A model generated the notes under the pieces. It saw only the letters and a list, made by a program, of their open reading frames with translations. It had not been told where the DNA came from and did no database searches. 64,000 nucleotides of DNA from Octopus bimaculoides (Eukaryota): positions 611,571 through 675,570 of the forward strand of contig NC_069006.1 in NCBI RefSeq assembly GCF_001194135.2. The letters are read 5' to 3'. Of the stretch, positions 12,810 to 24,272 are shown piece by piece (the stretch's first letter is position 1; each line of letters begins with the position of its first letter). A program made the translations under genes and the position numbers.

Positions 12810-13150
12810 TTTTGTCTTTTACTTGTTTCAATCATTGGACTGCGGCCATGCTGGGGCAACGCCTTGAAAGGTTTTATTCGATCCCATCGACCTCAGTACT
12901 TTTTTGAAAAGATGTGCCGAACCGTTAAGTTACGGGAATGTATGCGAACCAAAAGTAGTTGTTGAGAAACAAACGTATTCACACGCACACGCACACACGA
13001 CGGGATTCCACAGTTTCTGTCAACCAAATCTACTCGTACGGTATTGGTTGACTCAAGGCTATATTAGAAGATACTTGCCCATGATGTCGCGCAGTGGGAC
13101 TGGAGCTGAAACTACAAGGCCTCAAAGCGAGCTTCTTAATCACACACCCA
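12810..13150 (-). mobile_element. SINE family C copy, near full length
   Basis: Reverse complement carries the tail (acttgtttcaatcattggactgcggccatgctgg) and head (gcagtgggactgga..gcttcttaa). Confidence 0.85.
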
Positions 13151-13984
13151 TGTGTAGATCTTACACNNNNNNNNNNNNNNNNNNNNNNNNNNNNNNNNNN
13201 NNNNNNNNNNNNNNNNNNNNNNNNNNNNNNNNNNNNNNNNNNNNNNNNNNNNNNNNNNNNNNNNNNNNNNNNNNNNNNNNNNNNNNNNNNNNNNNNNNNN
13301 NNNNNNNNNNNNNNNNNNNNNNNNNNNNNNNNNNNNNNNNNNNNNNNNNNNNNNNNNNNNNNNNNNNNNNNNNNNNNNNNNNNNNNNNNNNNNNNNNNNN
13401 NNNNNNNNNNNNNNNNNNNNNNNNNNNNNNNNNNNNNNNNNNNNNNNNNNNNNNNNNNNNNNNNNNNNNNNNNNNNNNNNNNNNNNNNNNNNNNNNNNNN
13501 NNNNNNNNNNNNNNNNNNNNNNNNNNNNNNNNNNNNNNNNNNNNNNNNNNNNNNNNNNNNNNNNNNNNNNNNNNNNNNNNNNNNNNNNNNNNNNNNNNNN
13601 NNNNNNNNNNNNNNNNNNNNNNNNNNNNNNNNNNNNNNNNNNNNNNNNNNNNNNNNNNNNNNNNNNNNNNNNNNNNNNNNNNNNNNNNNNNNNNNNNNNN
13701 NNNNNNNNNNNNNNNNNNNNNNNNNNNNNNNNNNNNNNNNNNNNNNNNNNNNNNNNNNNNNNNNNNNNNNNNNNNNNNNNNNNNNNNNNNNNNNNNNNNN
13801 NNNNNNNNNNNNNNNNNNNNNNNNNNNNNNNNNNNNNNNNNNNNNNNNNNNNNNNNNNNNNNNNNNNNNNNNNNNNNNNNNNNNNNNNNNNNNNNNNNNN
13901 NNNNNNNNNNNNNNNNNNNNNNNNNNNNNNNNNNNNNNNNNNNNNNNNNNNNNNNNNNNNNNNNNNNNNNNNNNNNNNNNNNNN

Positions 13985-14028
<44 letters not shown>

Positions 14029-14104
14029 GTATGTCTATCAACAGTCAAACTCTAGGAGTAGTAGTAGTAGTAGCAGTATAGGAGCATCCGCTGGCACTGA
14101 TACG

Positions 14105-14235
14105 GCACAATCATTACTTGGTGGCAACAGCTATCGAATCCATGGGTCTGTTTTACTCAAGAACACAACACGCCGTCTGGTCCGGGAATCGAACCCATGA
14201 TCTAACGATCGTGATTGCGACACCCGAACCACTAG
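14105..14235 (-). mobile_element. SINE family B head fragment (tRNA-like A/B boxes)
   Basis: actcaagaacacaacacgcc..ccgggaatcgaaccc..cgatcgtgattgcgacacccgaaccactagaccatgc. Confidence 0.7.
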
Positions 14236-14514
14236 ACCATGCATCTTCATAGTAGACAAACTATAGACAAAATGAAAGAGAAAAGATTTCATATATTGGA
14301 TGTAGTTCAGATTATAGCATTCTCATCGTATAATAAATATAGTTTAAGGCAGTTAGTGAAACCCTGACAATCATCGGGCGGGAACGCGGCATTGAAAGCG
14401 CACATTTCTCATCCAGCAATCCAAATGATATAAGTCTCTCGTGGTCCGATAAAGACAGTTCTGCAATTTCTTGTTGAACAACCTGCAGAAATAATTTGTG
14501 TACAGTGACCAAGT

Positions 14515-14898
14515 GGAGGCGCAATGGCACAGTGGTTAGGGAAACGGACTCGCGGTCATAGGATCGCGGTTTCGATTCCCAGACTGGGCGTTGTGAGTGT
14601 TTATTGAGCGAAAACACCTAAAACTCCACGAGGCTCCTGCAGGGGATGGTGGTGAACCCTGCTGTACTCTTTCACCACAACTTTCTCTCACTCTTACTTC
14701 CTGTTTCTGTTGTACCTGTAATTCAAAAGGGTCAGCCTTGTCACACTGTGTCACGCTGAATATCCCCGAGAACTACGTTAAGGGTACACGTGTCTGTGGA
14801 GTGCTCAGCCACTTGCACGTTGATTTCACGAGCAGGCTGTTCCATTGATCGGATCAACTGGGACCCTCGACGTCGTAAGCGACGGAGTGCCAACAACA
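14515..14898 (+). mobile_element. Full-length tRNA-derived SINE (family D, ~385 bp)
   Basis: A-box-like TGGCACAGTGG, B-box-like GGTTTCGATTCCC, unique body and a (CAA)n tail. Confidence 0.85.
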
Positions 14899-14949
14899 AA
14901 AGCGACCAAGTGTAAGCGCTACACATTAGCTCACTTCTTTCATCAACTC

Positions 14950-15105
14950 AATATTGCTAGAACAGGTGCACGCTCTACCGCACGCCAGTCGTCGAAGTGA
15001 CCGCAGAGTAACGTCAAATGAAGTGCTTTACACAAGAACACAACACACCAGTCGGTCAAGGAATTGAAACTGCAATTTCGAGATAGCATGTGCAGCACCC
15101 TAACC
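14950..15105 (-). mobile_element. SINE family B fragment
   Basis: gaccgcagagtaacgtcaaatgaagtgctttacacaagaacacaacaca..ggaattgaaac..accctaacca. Confidence 0.65.
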
Positions 15106-16109
15106 AATTACAGAAATTTCGAATGAAATATATTACTTAAAAATAACTACCTCGGTTTTTATATATCGAGAACTACTTGGGAAGAAGATTATTTTCTTTT
15201 ACTCCTATAAACTAAGATACATGTGTGTGTGATGTGTGTGTATGTGTGCATATATAAATATATATATATATATGTATATATATACGCATACACATATATA
15301 CGCATATACATACACACACACACACATATATATATATATACACATATATACATATGCATATATATATGCACATATATGCATATATGTGTGTGTTTATTCA
15401 GAATGTTACGCCTTGATTTATACATGTATCTGTATGTGGTAGACAGCTCTAGATTTGAATAAATGAATATGCGTGCGTATGTATACGAGGTGAGTGTATG
15501 GGTGTGTATGATATACCTGCGTTGTGGGTGTATCTGATCGTGTTACAATAATTGTATTGTTGTTGTTGCTCTTGCTAATCCTCCCACCTCATGTTGGCCA
15601 TATCCGGCAAGATCCGCTTCTCTAAGCTCTGCTAATCCCATAATACTACTGCCCATGCCAAAACCCTTTTAACCTAAATGGAGGAATCAATGGCCTACAT
15701 CAACCTTGTCTGCATGAACTTAAAATCCATCTTGTTATCTATCTATCAATCTATCTATCTACCTACCTTTCTATCTATCTATCTATCAATCTACCTATCT
15801 ACCTACCTTTCTATCTATCTATCTATCAATCTACCTATCTACCTACCTTCGAAGGCTCTTTCTCCTCTTCGTATGATTTAAAGGGATCTGGCAGTTATTT
15901 TTTACAGTTAGACATACACTATTCCACTTTAATATACTCTGTCTGTCTGTCTGTCTCTCTCTCTGTGAGCTCCGTTCGTTCGAGTTTTCTTTGAACTGTA
16001 GGCAAGGAATATAGTCTCAGGCACATTATTTCTACAAAAAAAACACAAGTTGTTAAGAGCCATAACTGGAATACCACCGCTGCCAACATCAACGACAACA
16101 TTTTAGTAA

Positions 16110-16560
16110 TCATGGGCACGTGGTTAAGAATCTCCCATTGCAACTATAAGGTTTCCGGTTCAGTCCCATTGCGCGGCACCTTAGGTGTCTTCTAGTATAG
16201 CTCCAGGAAGCTTAATAACTTGTGTGTGAATTTAGCAGACGGAAACTGTGTGGAAGTCCGTTGTATATATATAACTTCATTGTAGGGCTCATTTGAATCA
16301 AGGTATTTTAACATTCAGGACACCAGGAAAGGGTAGATTTCAGTACATACGTGTATATACCACATACAAACACATTTCTTCAACGATGCTTAACTGAGAC
16401 GGACAATCGATATCTTGGATTTTTTCTCCGAAACAATTTTTAATCACCTGAAGAAAACGTTTTTTTAAAAATATTTTCATGATGTAATTGAATTATTCAT
16501 CAATAAAAATGTGCATGAAACAGCTGTAGCGAACCTTAAACCCATTTGTCTTCTTACTTA

Positions 16561-16592
<32 letters not shown>

Positions 16593-16830
16593 TAGATAGT
16601 GTGTGCGCGTATGTGGCTTTGTGGTTGTCCCCCGACCACCGTTTGACAACTAGCGCTGATATGTTTATGGCCATGTAACTTAGCGGTTCGGCAGAAGATA
16701 CCGATGGAGTAAGTATCAAACTGTAAAAACATAAAAGTCCTGGGGGCGACTAAAAGTCCTAAGGCTCGACTAAACACTTCAAGACGGTGCCCCAGCATGG
16801 TCTGAGACCAACTGACTGAAATAACAAAAA
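16110..16830 (+). mobile_element. SINE family C split into head (16110-16272) and tail (16565-16830) by ~290 bp of other sequence
   Basis: Head ggttcagtcccattgcgcggcaccttagg..ggaaactg; tail gtccccc..tgacaac..taacttagcggttcggc..cccagcatgg..tgactgaaa. Confidence 0.7.
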
Positions 16831-17499
16831 TTAAGAAAAAATTAAAAATAAATATCGCACGTGACGTTTAGAATTCCGCCATCATTCAGATAAGGATTAG
16901 GTTTGGCTTAAATTATTATTATTATTATTATTATTAAATCCTAAAATAAATTAACAACAAAAATATTATTTTTAAAAAATCAAATAAAATAAATCGGACG
17001 TGAGAATGTTTTGAAACCCAAACCGTTTTTAACAGTTGCAAATGTAGCGTCAAGACATTATAGGATGTGCACTCAAGTAGCAACATGGCGATACGCATCC
17101 TCATCGTCAGCATTATTATCATTATTATTATGTTGGTTGCCAGTGACAGGGTGGTGGGGAGCTGCTTTACTTTCCTTTTCTTTTTTTTTTTCTATTTGGT
17201 TAATTAATTTATTTATTTATTACTATTCATTTATTATTATTTTATAGTTTTTGTTTTTTTTATCTGTTGAATTTTAATTTTCTTTCCACTAAATTGGCGG
17301 CTTAAGTAAATATTAGCCCGAAACGTAATTAATTAAATTTCTATCCCATTATATTATATTAAATTATACAATATTATCTTTATATACATGTGTGTGTGTG
17401 TGTGTGCAAAATACACACACACACACGTATATCTAAACATCACCTTTGATTATATACTTTTTCTTCGAAATATACGTTGATAAAAAACACTTAGACAAC

Positions 17500-17800
17500 T
17501 TGCACTAAAAAATGATGATCGAGGTGATGATGATGATGACGACAACGAAGATGATGATTATAATGGTGATGATGGTGATGTTGATCATAATGGCGAGGAT
17601 GATGATGATGGCGACAGTGATGGTGGCTGAAATGATGATTATGAGGGTGATGATGATAACGACAACGATGATCACCGGCGATGATGATGATTAGAGTGGA
17701 AGCCGTGATATTTATGATGACGATGATGGTAGCTGTGATGATGATGTTGACGATGATGATGATGATGATAACAACAACAAAAACAACAACGGCATTACGA
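17500..17800. repeat. Degenerate (GAT)n / (AAC)n microsatellite block
   Basis: Directly visible. Confidence 0.9.
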
Positions 17801-19355
17801 ATAAGCAATTTCAAATAAAAAACTCAAAAACAAAAAAGTCAAAACTCAAAAACTAAAAGCAAAAAAAAAAAGGCATCCGAATTGAATTACAAAACAAAAA
17901 TAAAAACAAACAAAAAGCACCAAACAAAAAATATTAAATAAATATTCAAAGTAAAAAACGAATTCTTTACGCCAAACCCAATAAATTCTGATGAAATTCA
18001 AATAGACATTTGGGTTCTTTCATTTAATATAGCAGACATGATCCCTGAATGGAATCGTTTGTCACGGTGCGTTTGGTAAGAATCCTTTACTTCTAACTCC
18101 CTCTTTATTATCTCCCCTTCTTTTATTTACTTATTTATTCATTCATTCATTGATTTTTTTTTTTTAATAAGAAACCCCTCACGTTGTTTGCAGTTTTATT
18201 ATACGGTTATATACGTTTTTTTTTCTCTCTCTCTGCAAATAACGTCTCTGGATTTTGGTTTCGTTTTTACGATGCTGTGGAGAAACCGGTGGAAGCATAC
18301 CGACTGCAACAACAACAACAACAACAACGATAGTAACCACAACAACAACAACGATAGCAACAGTAACAATAATAACGATAAGAACAATAACGGCAGTTGC
18401 TTCAAAAACAACAGCGACAACAAGTGGAAGCAACCATGATGGCTGCAGCAACAGAGGCAACGACAGGAATGAAACGTGCAACAGGAGTAGTGAGACTAAA
18501 TGTGATCGCTGAGGTAGAAATAACAGCTAAATCTGCCTCGAATCGCGCACTGCCGTTTTAATAATGAAGAACAATTTGCACAAGTAAAAAAAAAAAAAAA
18601 GTTGCAGCCTATGATCACGGCTGGAGCGCCCTCGACCATAGATCAACATGATAAAAGCTGACCTCGGAATAAACCACCACCATCTTGATAGTTGAATTGT
18701 CTGACCAGGGTTGACCTAAGAGGCGGTGGGGTGTAACAACAGAACCTTACCTCTACTGCGGCCTATACTCCACGCAACAAAACCACTAACAACAACAACA
18801 ACGGCTCTCGTGCTATCAGCTTTACCATCAACACTGCAACCAACACCAAGACCATTAATATTGCTTTCATCATCAGTAAAAAGAAAAAGAATCACCAGCA
18901 ACACCACCACCACCACCAGCACCACCACCACCACCACCAGCACCACCACCACCACNNNNNNNNNNNNNNNNNNNNNNNNNNNNNNNNNNNNNNNNNNNNN
19001 NNNNNNNNNNNNNNNNNNNNNNNNNNNNNNNNNNNNNNNNNNNNNNNNNNNNNNNNNNNNNNNNNNNNNNNNNNNNNNNNNNNNNNNNNNNNNNNNNNNN
19101 NNNNNNNNNNNNNNNNNNNNNNNNNNNNNNNNNNNNNNNNNGTGTCCCTGTTTTGTCAATCCTTCACTGAAATCGAACTCGAGGTCTCGGTAAGGTTAAA
19201 AGGATTTCATATCTGATCGAACGATTTCATTAGCCAAAGAGCTTCATGGAAATACGTGATTTCATACATAAATACGTTAGCACACGCACACATATATACA
19301 TGCACATTTATATACAAACACATATACACACACAAAAACACAAACATACATACAT

Positions 19356-19387
<32 letters not shown>

Positions 19388-19934
19388 CTCAGTATGTATT
19401 TATGTATGTTTATAAATATTTCACAAAGCAGACATAATAGTTTACAAGCGACTCATTTTCTGTTTTTATTTTATAGAAATCTGTATTACAACATAAATTT
19501 TCAACATGGCACAGCGCCAGTTTGCCGAAATATTTGAATAACGTAGATTACGTGTATATATCTTTCGTTCGGTGTCTCGTCAGATTCTGTCGCGCCAGAG
19601 ACTAACTGTTCCTTAGTTTTAAAAATACAAAACCACCACCACAACAACTACTGTATGGATTCCCGATATGAATCCTTCTCTATCATGTCTTAAGTTAATA
19701 TTGATTGCGCAATAAACGATCGACGATAATCATGTAGTTTCACCACAGTTTGTGGTGAATGCATTTCATTTAGAAAAAATGTGTAAAGAATATATATATA
19801 TATTTGTATTTTGTGATGCTGTTTCGTATCTTTCCCAGCCTCAAAACAATTTAAATGTGATTTTTGAAGTTATCTTAAATTCATTACACATATATGCATA
19901 TACAAAAAAAAAAACGCAAAACGTACAGATCTTG

Positions 19935-20065
19935 TACATGCACAACTACCCTGTTGATGTTCTTGAAATTCTGATTATGGAGCCTTGGACCTAGGTTAGA
20001 AATCGGCTCTTTCTGCATTGGCAAGAAATCTAGAAAACTAAATAACATACATACATACATACATG
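19935..20065 (+). mobile_element. 3' terminus of an R4/Dong-type RLE non-LTR element with (CATA)n tail
   Basis: Same sequence as the reverse complement of 36225-36320 (ccttggacctaggttagaaa.cggctctttct..ttggcaagaaatct..aaaact.aataa), followed by catacatacata. Confidence 0.6.
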
Positions 20066-20079
20066 CATATATATATGTG

Positions 20080-20122
<43 letters not shown>

Positions 20123-20291
20123 GGATTGCAGGGAATGTGTTTCATATAGGAAAATAAAGAATATACCATATTTTGTGGTGCTATTTCGCTTTCTTCCCAT
20201 GCATGAAATAAATTTAAATGTGATTGTTTAATTTATGTTAAATTATTCAAAAGAAATACATAAACATGTCCTATATCTATGTGTGTATGTG

Positions 20292-20322
<31 letters not shown>

Positions 20323-20369
20323 TGCGTTTGTGAGTATGCGTTTGTGTATGTGACGCTTTGTCAATCCCA

Positions 20370-20570
20370 ACTCACTGCTTAACTACTGTTGGTTCTTTTA
20401 TGTACCCGTAGTTTAACGGTTCGGTAAAAGAGATCGATAGAATAGTATGAGACTTTGAAACAAAAATACATAAATACTTGGGACGATCTATTCGATTAAA
20501 ATCTTTCAAGGCGGTGCACCAATTTGGTCGCAATGCAATGATTGGAACAAGTAACAGATAAAGGATATAA
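20370..20570 (+). mobile_element. SINE family C, 3' half
   Basis: cggttcggtaaaagagatcgatagaata..tattcgattaaa.tctttcaaggcggtgc..aatgattggaacaagtaa. Confidence 0.75.
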
Positions 20571-20669
20571 AATTAAAACAATGAAACCTTATCTCTCAGC
20601 AATAAACTAATTCAACTGGCGAAATACTAAGGCGAGTAACACTGGTTTCGTCAATATCTTTCCGTGCAG

Positions 20670-20895
20670 AAACCACACATAATAACTATGCACCCATTAA
20701 ACGACAAAGGACCGAGTAACAAAAGCAATATGGTGTCATCTATGACCTTCGATAAGAAAGACAATAATCAAGATAACCGGGTAGTAACTGCAAAATTGGC
20801 ATTTCAGAGCTATAAATGGAATAACGGAACGGTAGTATACAAAGCTGAACTAGGTTCTGACATTCTAGGCCAGATGTGCAACAAATCATACAGAG
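20670..20895 (+). CDS. Candidate coding exon (phase 0 to 1), weakly Ig-like; host gene unidentified
   Basis: Acceptor tctttccgtgcag, donor AG|gtatgt; only one frame is open across 226 nt of non-repetitive DNA (KPHIITMHP..VTAKLAFQSYKWNNGTVVYKAELGSDILGQMCNKSYR). Confidence 0.35.
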
Positions 20896-21673
20896 GTATG
20901 TACGAGCTATCATATAGGTGACCATACGTGAATGTCAAATCTACCTTTAAACATACGAGTAAAAGAAATGCTACTGCATTATCGACTTATGTATTGTAAG
21001 GAAAGGAAATAGATATTAATTTTCAATACTCATCGCCCATATAAGCCTGCAGAAACAAATATATAAACAGAGCGTTTTTGCGTAAGATTTTTCAAGAGTG
21101 AGAGTGAGAAATTTGAAACTTTAACTAAAACAAATTCTAAATAGAAGTACCGAGTCAGTCGGTAATAGTCGCCAGAAAAATAAGTTTTACGCTCCCAGCA
21201 TACCGAGATACTCCAACCAGATTAATCATTACTCATTTGTAATATAATCAACTAACAACCCGAATAAAGTTAACAGGATGCCCACGGCACATCCTGGTGC
21301 TATTGCTGCAGAATACATTTGGATCGACGTTCCTGTCACAATTCAAAAGCGTTTAGTAATTCACTCGGGACATGAAACTACAAGTAACGAGATATAAATT
21401 GGTCTTAACTAATATTTAAAATAAATTAACTCGTTCGATTTCTTAGAATTCTCTTTGTGCATAAAGATCTTTCCTGAATGCATTTGCTTGCAAGTACAAA
21501 ATCGGGACAATAGGAAATTCACATACACAGATATACATACACATAATTGCACATACATATACATGCGCCATATATAGTGTGTACGTATGTATACATACAT
21601 AGAACGTACGTATATACCTGTATGTGTACAGGTATACATATATAATGTGTGCATATAAATCTCTCTCCTCTTT

Positions 21674-21803
<130 letters not shown>

Positions 21804-22187
21804 AATCAAATATACATATCAAATATATATAATCGTATATATATGTATATATGTAACTATATATTTATATATAGGCGTGCGCGTGTATATATAGGCGTGT
21901 GCGCGTGTATATATAGGCGTGTGCGCGTGTATATATAGGCTTGTACGCAATTGTAGTATTCAATTATAAAAATCTTCTTTGAGACTCCTGCTTAGCAGAA
22001 GAACATAGTGGAACTATAAATACATCAATAGCTCACTGCCTTTACAATTAGCTAGATTTTTGTTGGAGTTGAAGCAGTGTATGTAAATGAAGATGGTACT
22101 GGCGGCGGCGGCGGTGGTGGTGGTATTCCAGCTGCTGCTGATGGTGAGAATAACGAGGTCAAAATGAATGAAAATTGATTGATTTTG

Positions 22188-22233
<46 letters not shown>

Positions 22234-22267
22234 ATATATATATTCACATTCACATGTAACTATGTTA

Positions 22268-22301
<34 letters not shown>

Positions 22302-22387
22302 CATACACACACACACGCACATTATATATATGCGCGCGTGTGTATAAATTTACGCATCTATACACATAAGTGAGCATGTGTGTAATC

Positions 22388-22439
<52 letters not shown>

Positions 22440-22667
22440 NNNNNNNNNNNNNNNNNNNNNNNNNNNNNNNNNNNNNNNNNNNNNNNNNNNNNNNNNNNNN
22501 NNNNNNNNNNNNNNNNNNNNNNNNNNNNNNNNNNNNNNNNNNNNNNNNNNNNNNNNNNNNNNNNNNNNNNNTATATATATACATACACACACACACGCAC
22601 ATTATATATATGCGCGCGTGTGTATAAATTTACGCATCTATACACATAAGTGAGCATGTGTGTAATC

Positions 22668-22715
<48 letters not shown>

Positions 22716-22959
22716 GTATGTATCTATGTATGTATGGCTGTGTACATGTATATAAACATATATATGTATATATCCACATATGTATATGTATAAATATTAT
22801 ATATACATACCCATATCCATATATACATATGTATGTATGTATATATGTAAACATACACTTCCTGCTTCCTTTCAGATCGATATCCTCTGTTAGTAGCAGA
22901 GGATTTCATGTAATCGCCGTCATTTTGGTTACTACACATTATAATGATAATAATAATAA

Positions 22960-23175
22960 TCTTTTCTACTATAGGCACAAGGCCCGAAATTTTGGGGGAG
23001 GCGGGGCCTGATGATTAGATCGACCCCAGTACGCAAATGGTACTTAATTTATCGGCCCCGAAAAGATGAAAGGCAAAGTCGACCTCGGCGGAATTCGAAC
23101 TCAGAACGTGCTGGCAGACGAAACACCGATAAGTACTTTGTCCAGCGCGCTAGCGATTCTGCCAGCTCGCCGCCT
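22960..23175 (-). mobile_element. SINE family A copy, full length
   Basis: ctactataggcacaaggcccgaaatttt..gctagcgattctgccagctcgccgcct. Confidence 0.9.
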
Positions 23176-23179
23176 GACA

Positions 23180-23370
23180 ATAATAATGGCTTCGAATTTT
23201 GCCACAAGGCCAGCAATTTAAGGGGGAGGGTAAGTCGATTACATCGACTCCAGTACGCATCTTGTACTTATTTTTGCGACCCCAAAACGTTGAAAGTCGA
23301 CGCCGGCGGAATTCGAACTCAGAACGTACAGACGGACGAAATGCCACAAAGCATTCCGTCCGGCATGCTA
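23180..23370 (-). mobile_element. SINE family A copy, head-to-tail with the previous copy
   Basis: gccacaaggccagcaatt..gtcgattacatcgactccag..ggaattcgaactcagaacgtacagacggacgaaatgcc. Confidence 0.9.
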
Positions 23371-23897
23371 GTAATATTTGTTGCTGATCTTTTCGATTTT
23401 ATCTTCTCTACTGCTGTTCTTGCTCTTGTCATTACCGTTATTATACGTTCACTCTATGTCCGTCTCTCAACTTAACCTTCCTCGTATCTCTGCGTAGTGT
23501 GTGTGTGTGTGTGCGCGTGTGCGTGTGCGTGTGCGTGTGTGTGTGTGTGTGATGTCTTGATAAGTAGCTATAAAGATTGATTTACAAAACTTTGAAATTG
23601 CAGTTTCAGCCTTAATGTCCTCGTCGTGATTGTCAAATTTCTAGTTGTTTGGGTCAGTTCAGAAAGGGTGGGGAAGATTTGCTAGAGACAGGGATCAATC
23701 ATTCTATCTATCCGTTAATCTATCTCTGTTTACATTACATCCTCACTTGGCATATGTTTATACAAAACGTGAACCGTTCTGATATTAATCAAAAGTTAGA
23801 AAGTAAAGACGTGGATTTAACAATACAGTACACTTCACATACATACATACATACATACGTACGTACGTATGTAGTGTGTGTGTGTGTGTCTGTATCA

Positions 23898-24272
23898 GGC
23901 GTGACTGAGGTAAGAAATTTGCTTCCCAACCACATGGTTCCGAGTTCAGTCCCACTGCGTGGTACCATGGACAAGTGTCTTCTACAATAGCCTGGGGCTA
24001 TCCAAAGCCTTGTGAGTGGATTTGGTGAGCGGGTACTGAAAGAAGACCGTCGTGTGTGTGTGCGTGTGTATCTTTGTGCATGTAGTTTTTCTCTCGCCAC
24101 CACTTGACAACCGGCGTTGGTCTATTTACGCTTCTGTAAGTTAGAAGTCCGGCAAAAGAAACCGATAGAATAAGTATCAGGTTTCACATAAAAATAAGTG
24201 CTGGGGGTCAATAAATTCGACTAATGTTCTTCAAAGCGGTGACCCAGCATGACCGCGGTCTAATGACTGAAA
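23898..24272 (+). mobile_element. SINE family C copy, near full length
   Basis: Head (gcttcccaaccacatggttccgagttcagtcccactgcgtgg), central (TG)n and tail (ccagcatgaccgcggtctaatgactgaaac). Confidence 0.9.

Noticed and set aside
14515-14590. tRNA-like A/B boxes suggesting a tRNA gene
   Set aside because: The sequence continues into a SINE body and tail, and I could not form a complete cloverleaf; the same applies to the other SINE heads.
22281-22700. ~130-bp duplication on either side of the 22440-22571 gap
   Set aside because: Identical copies around a gap within (TA)n; most likely an assembly artefact and not resolvable without long reads.
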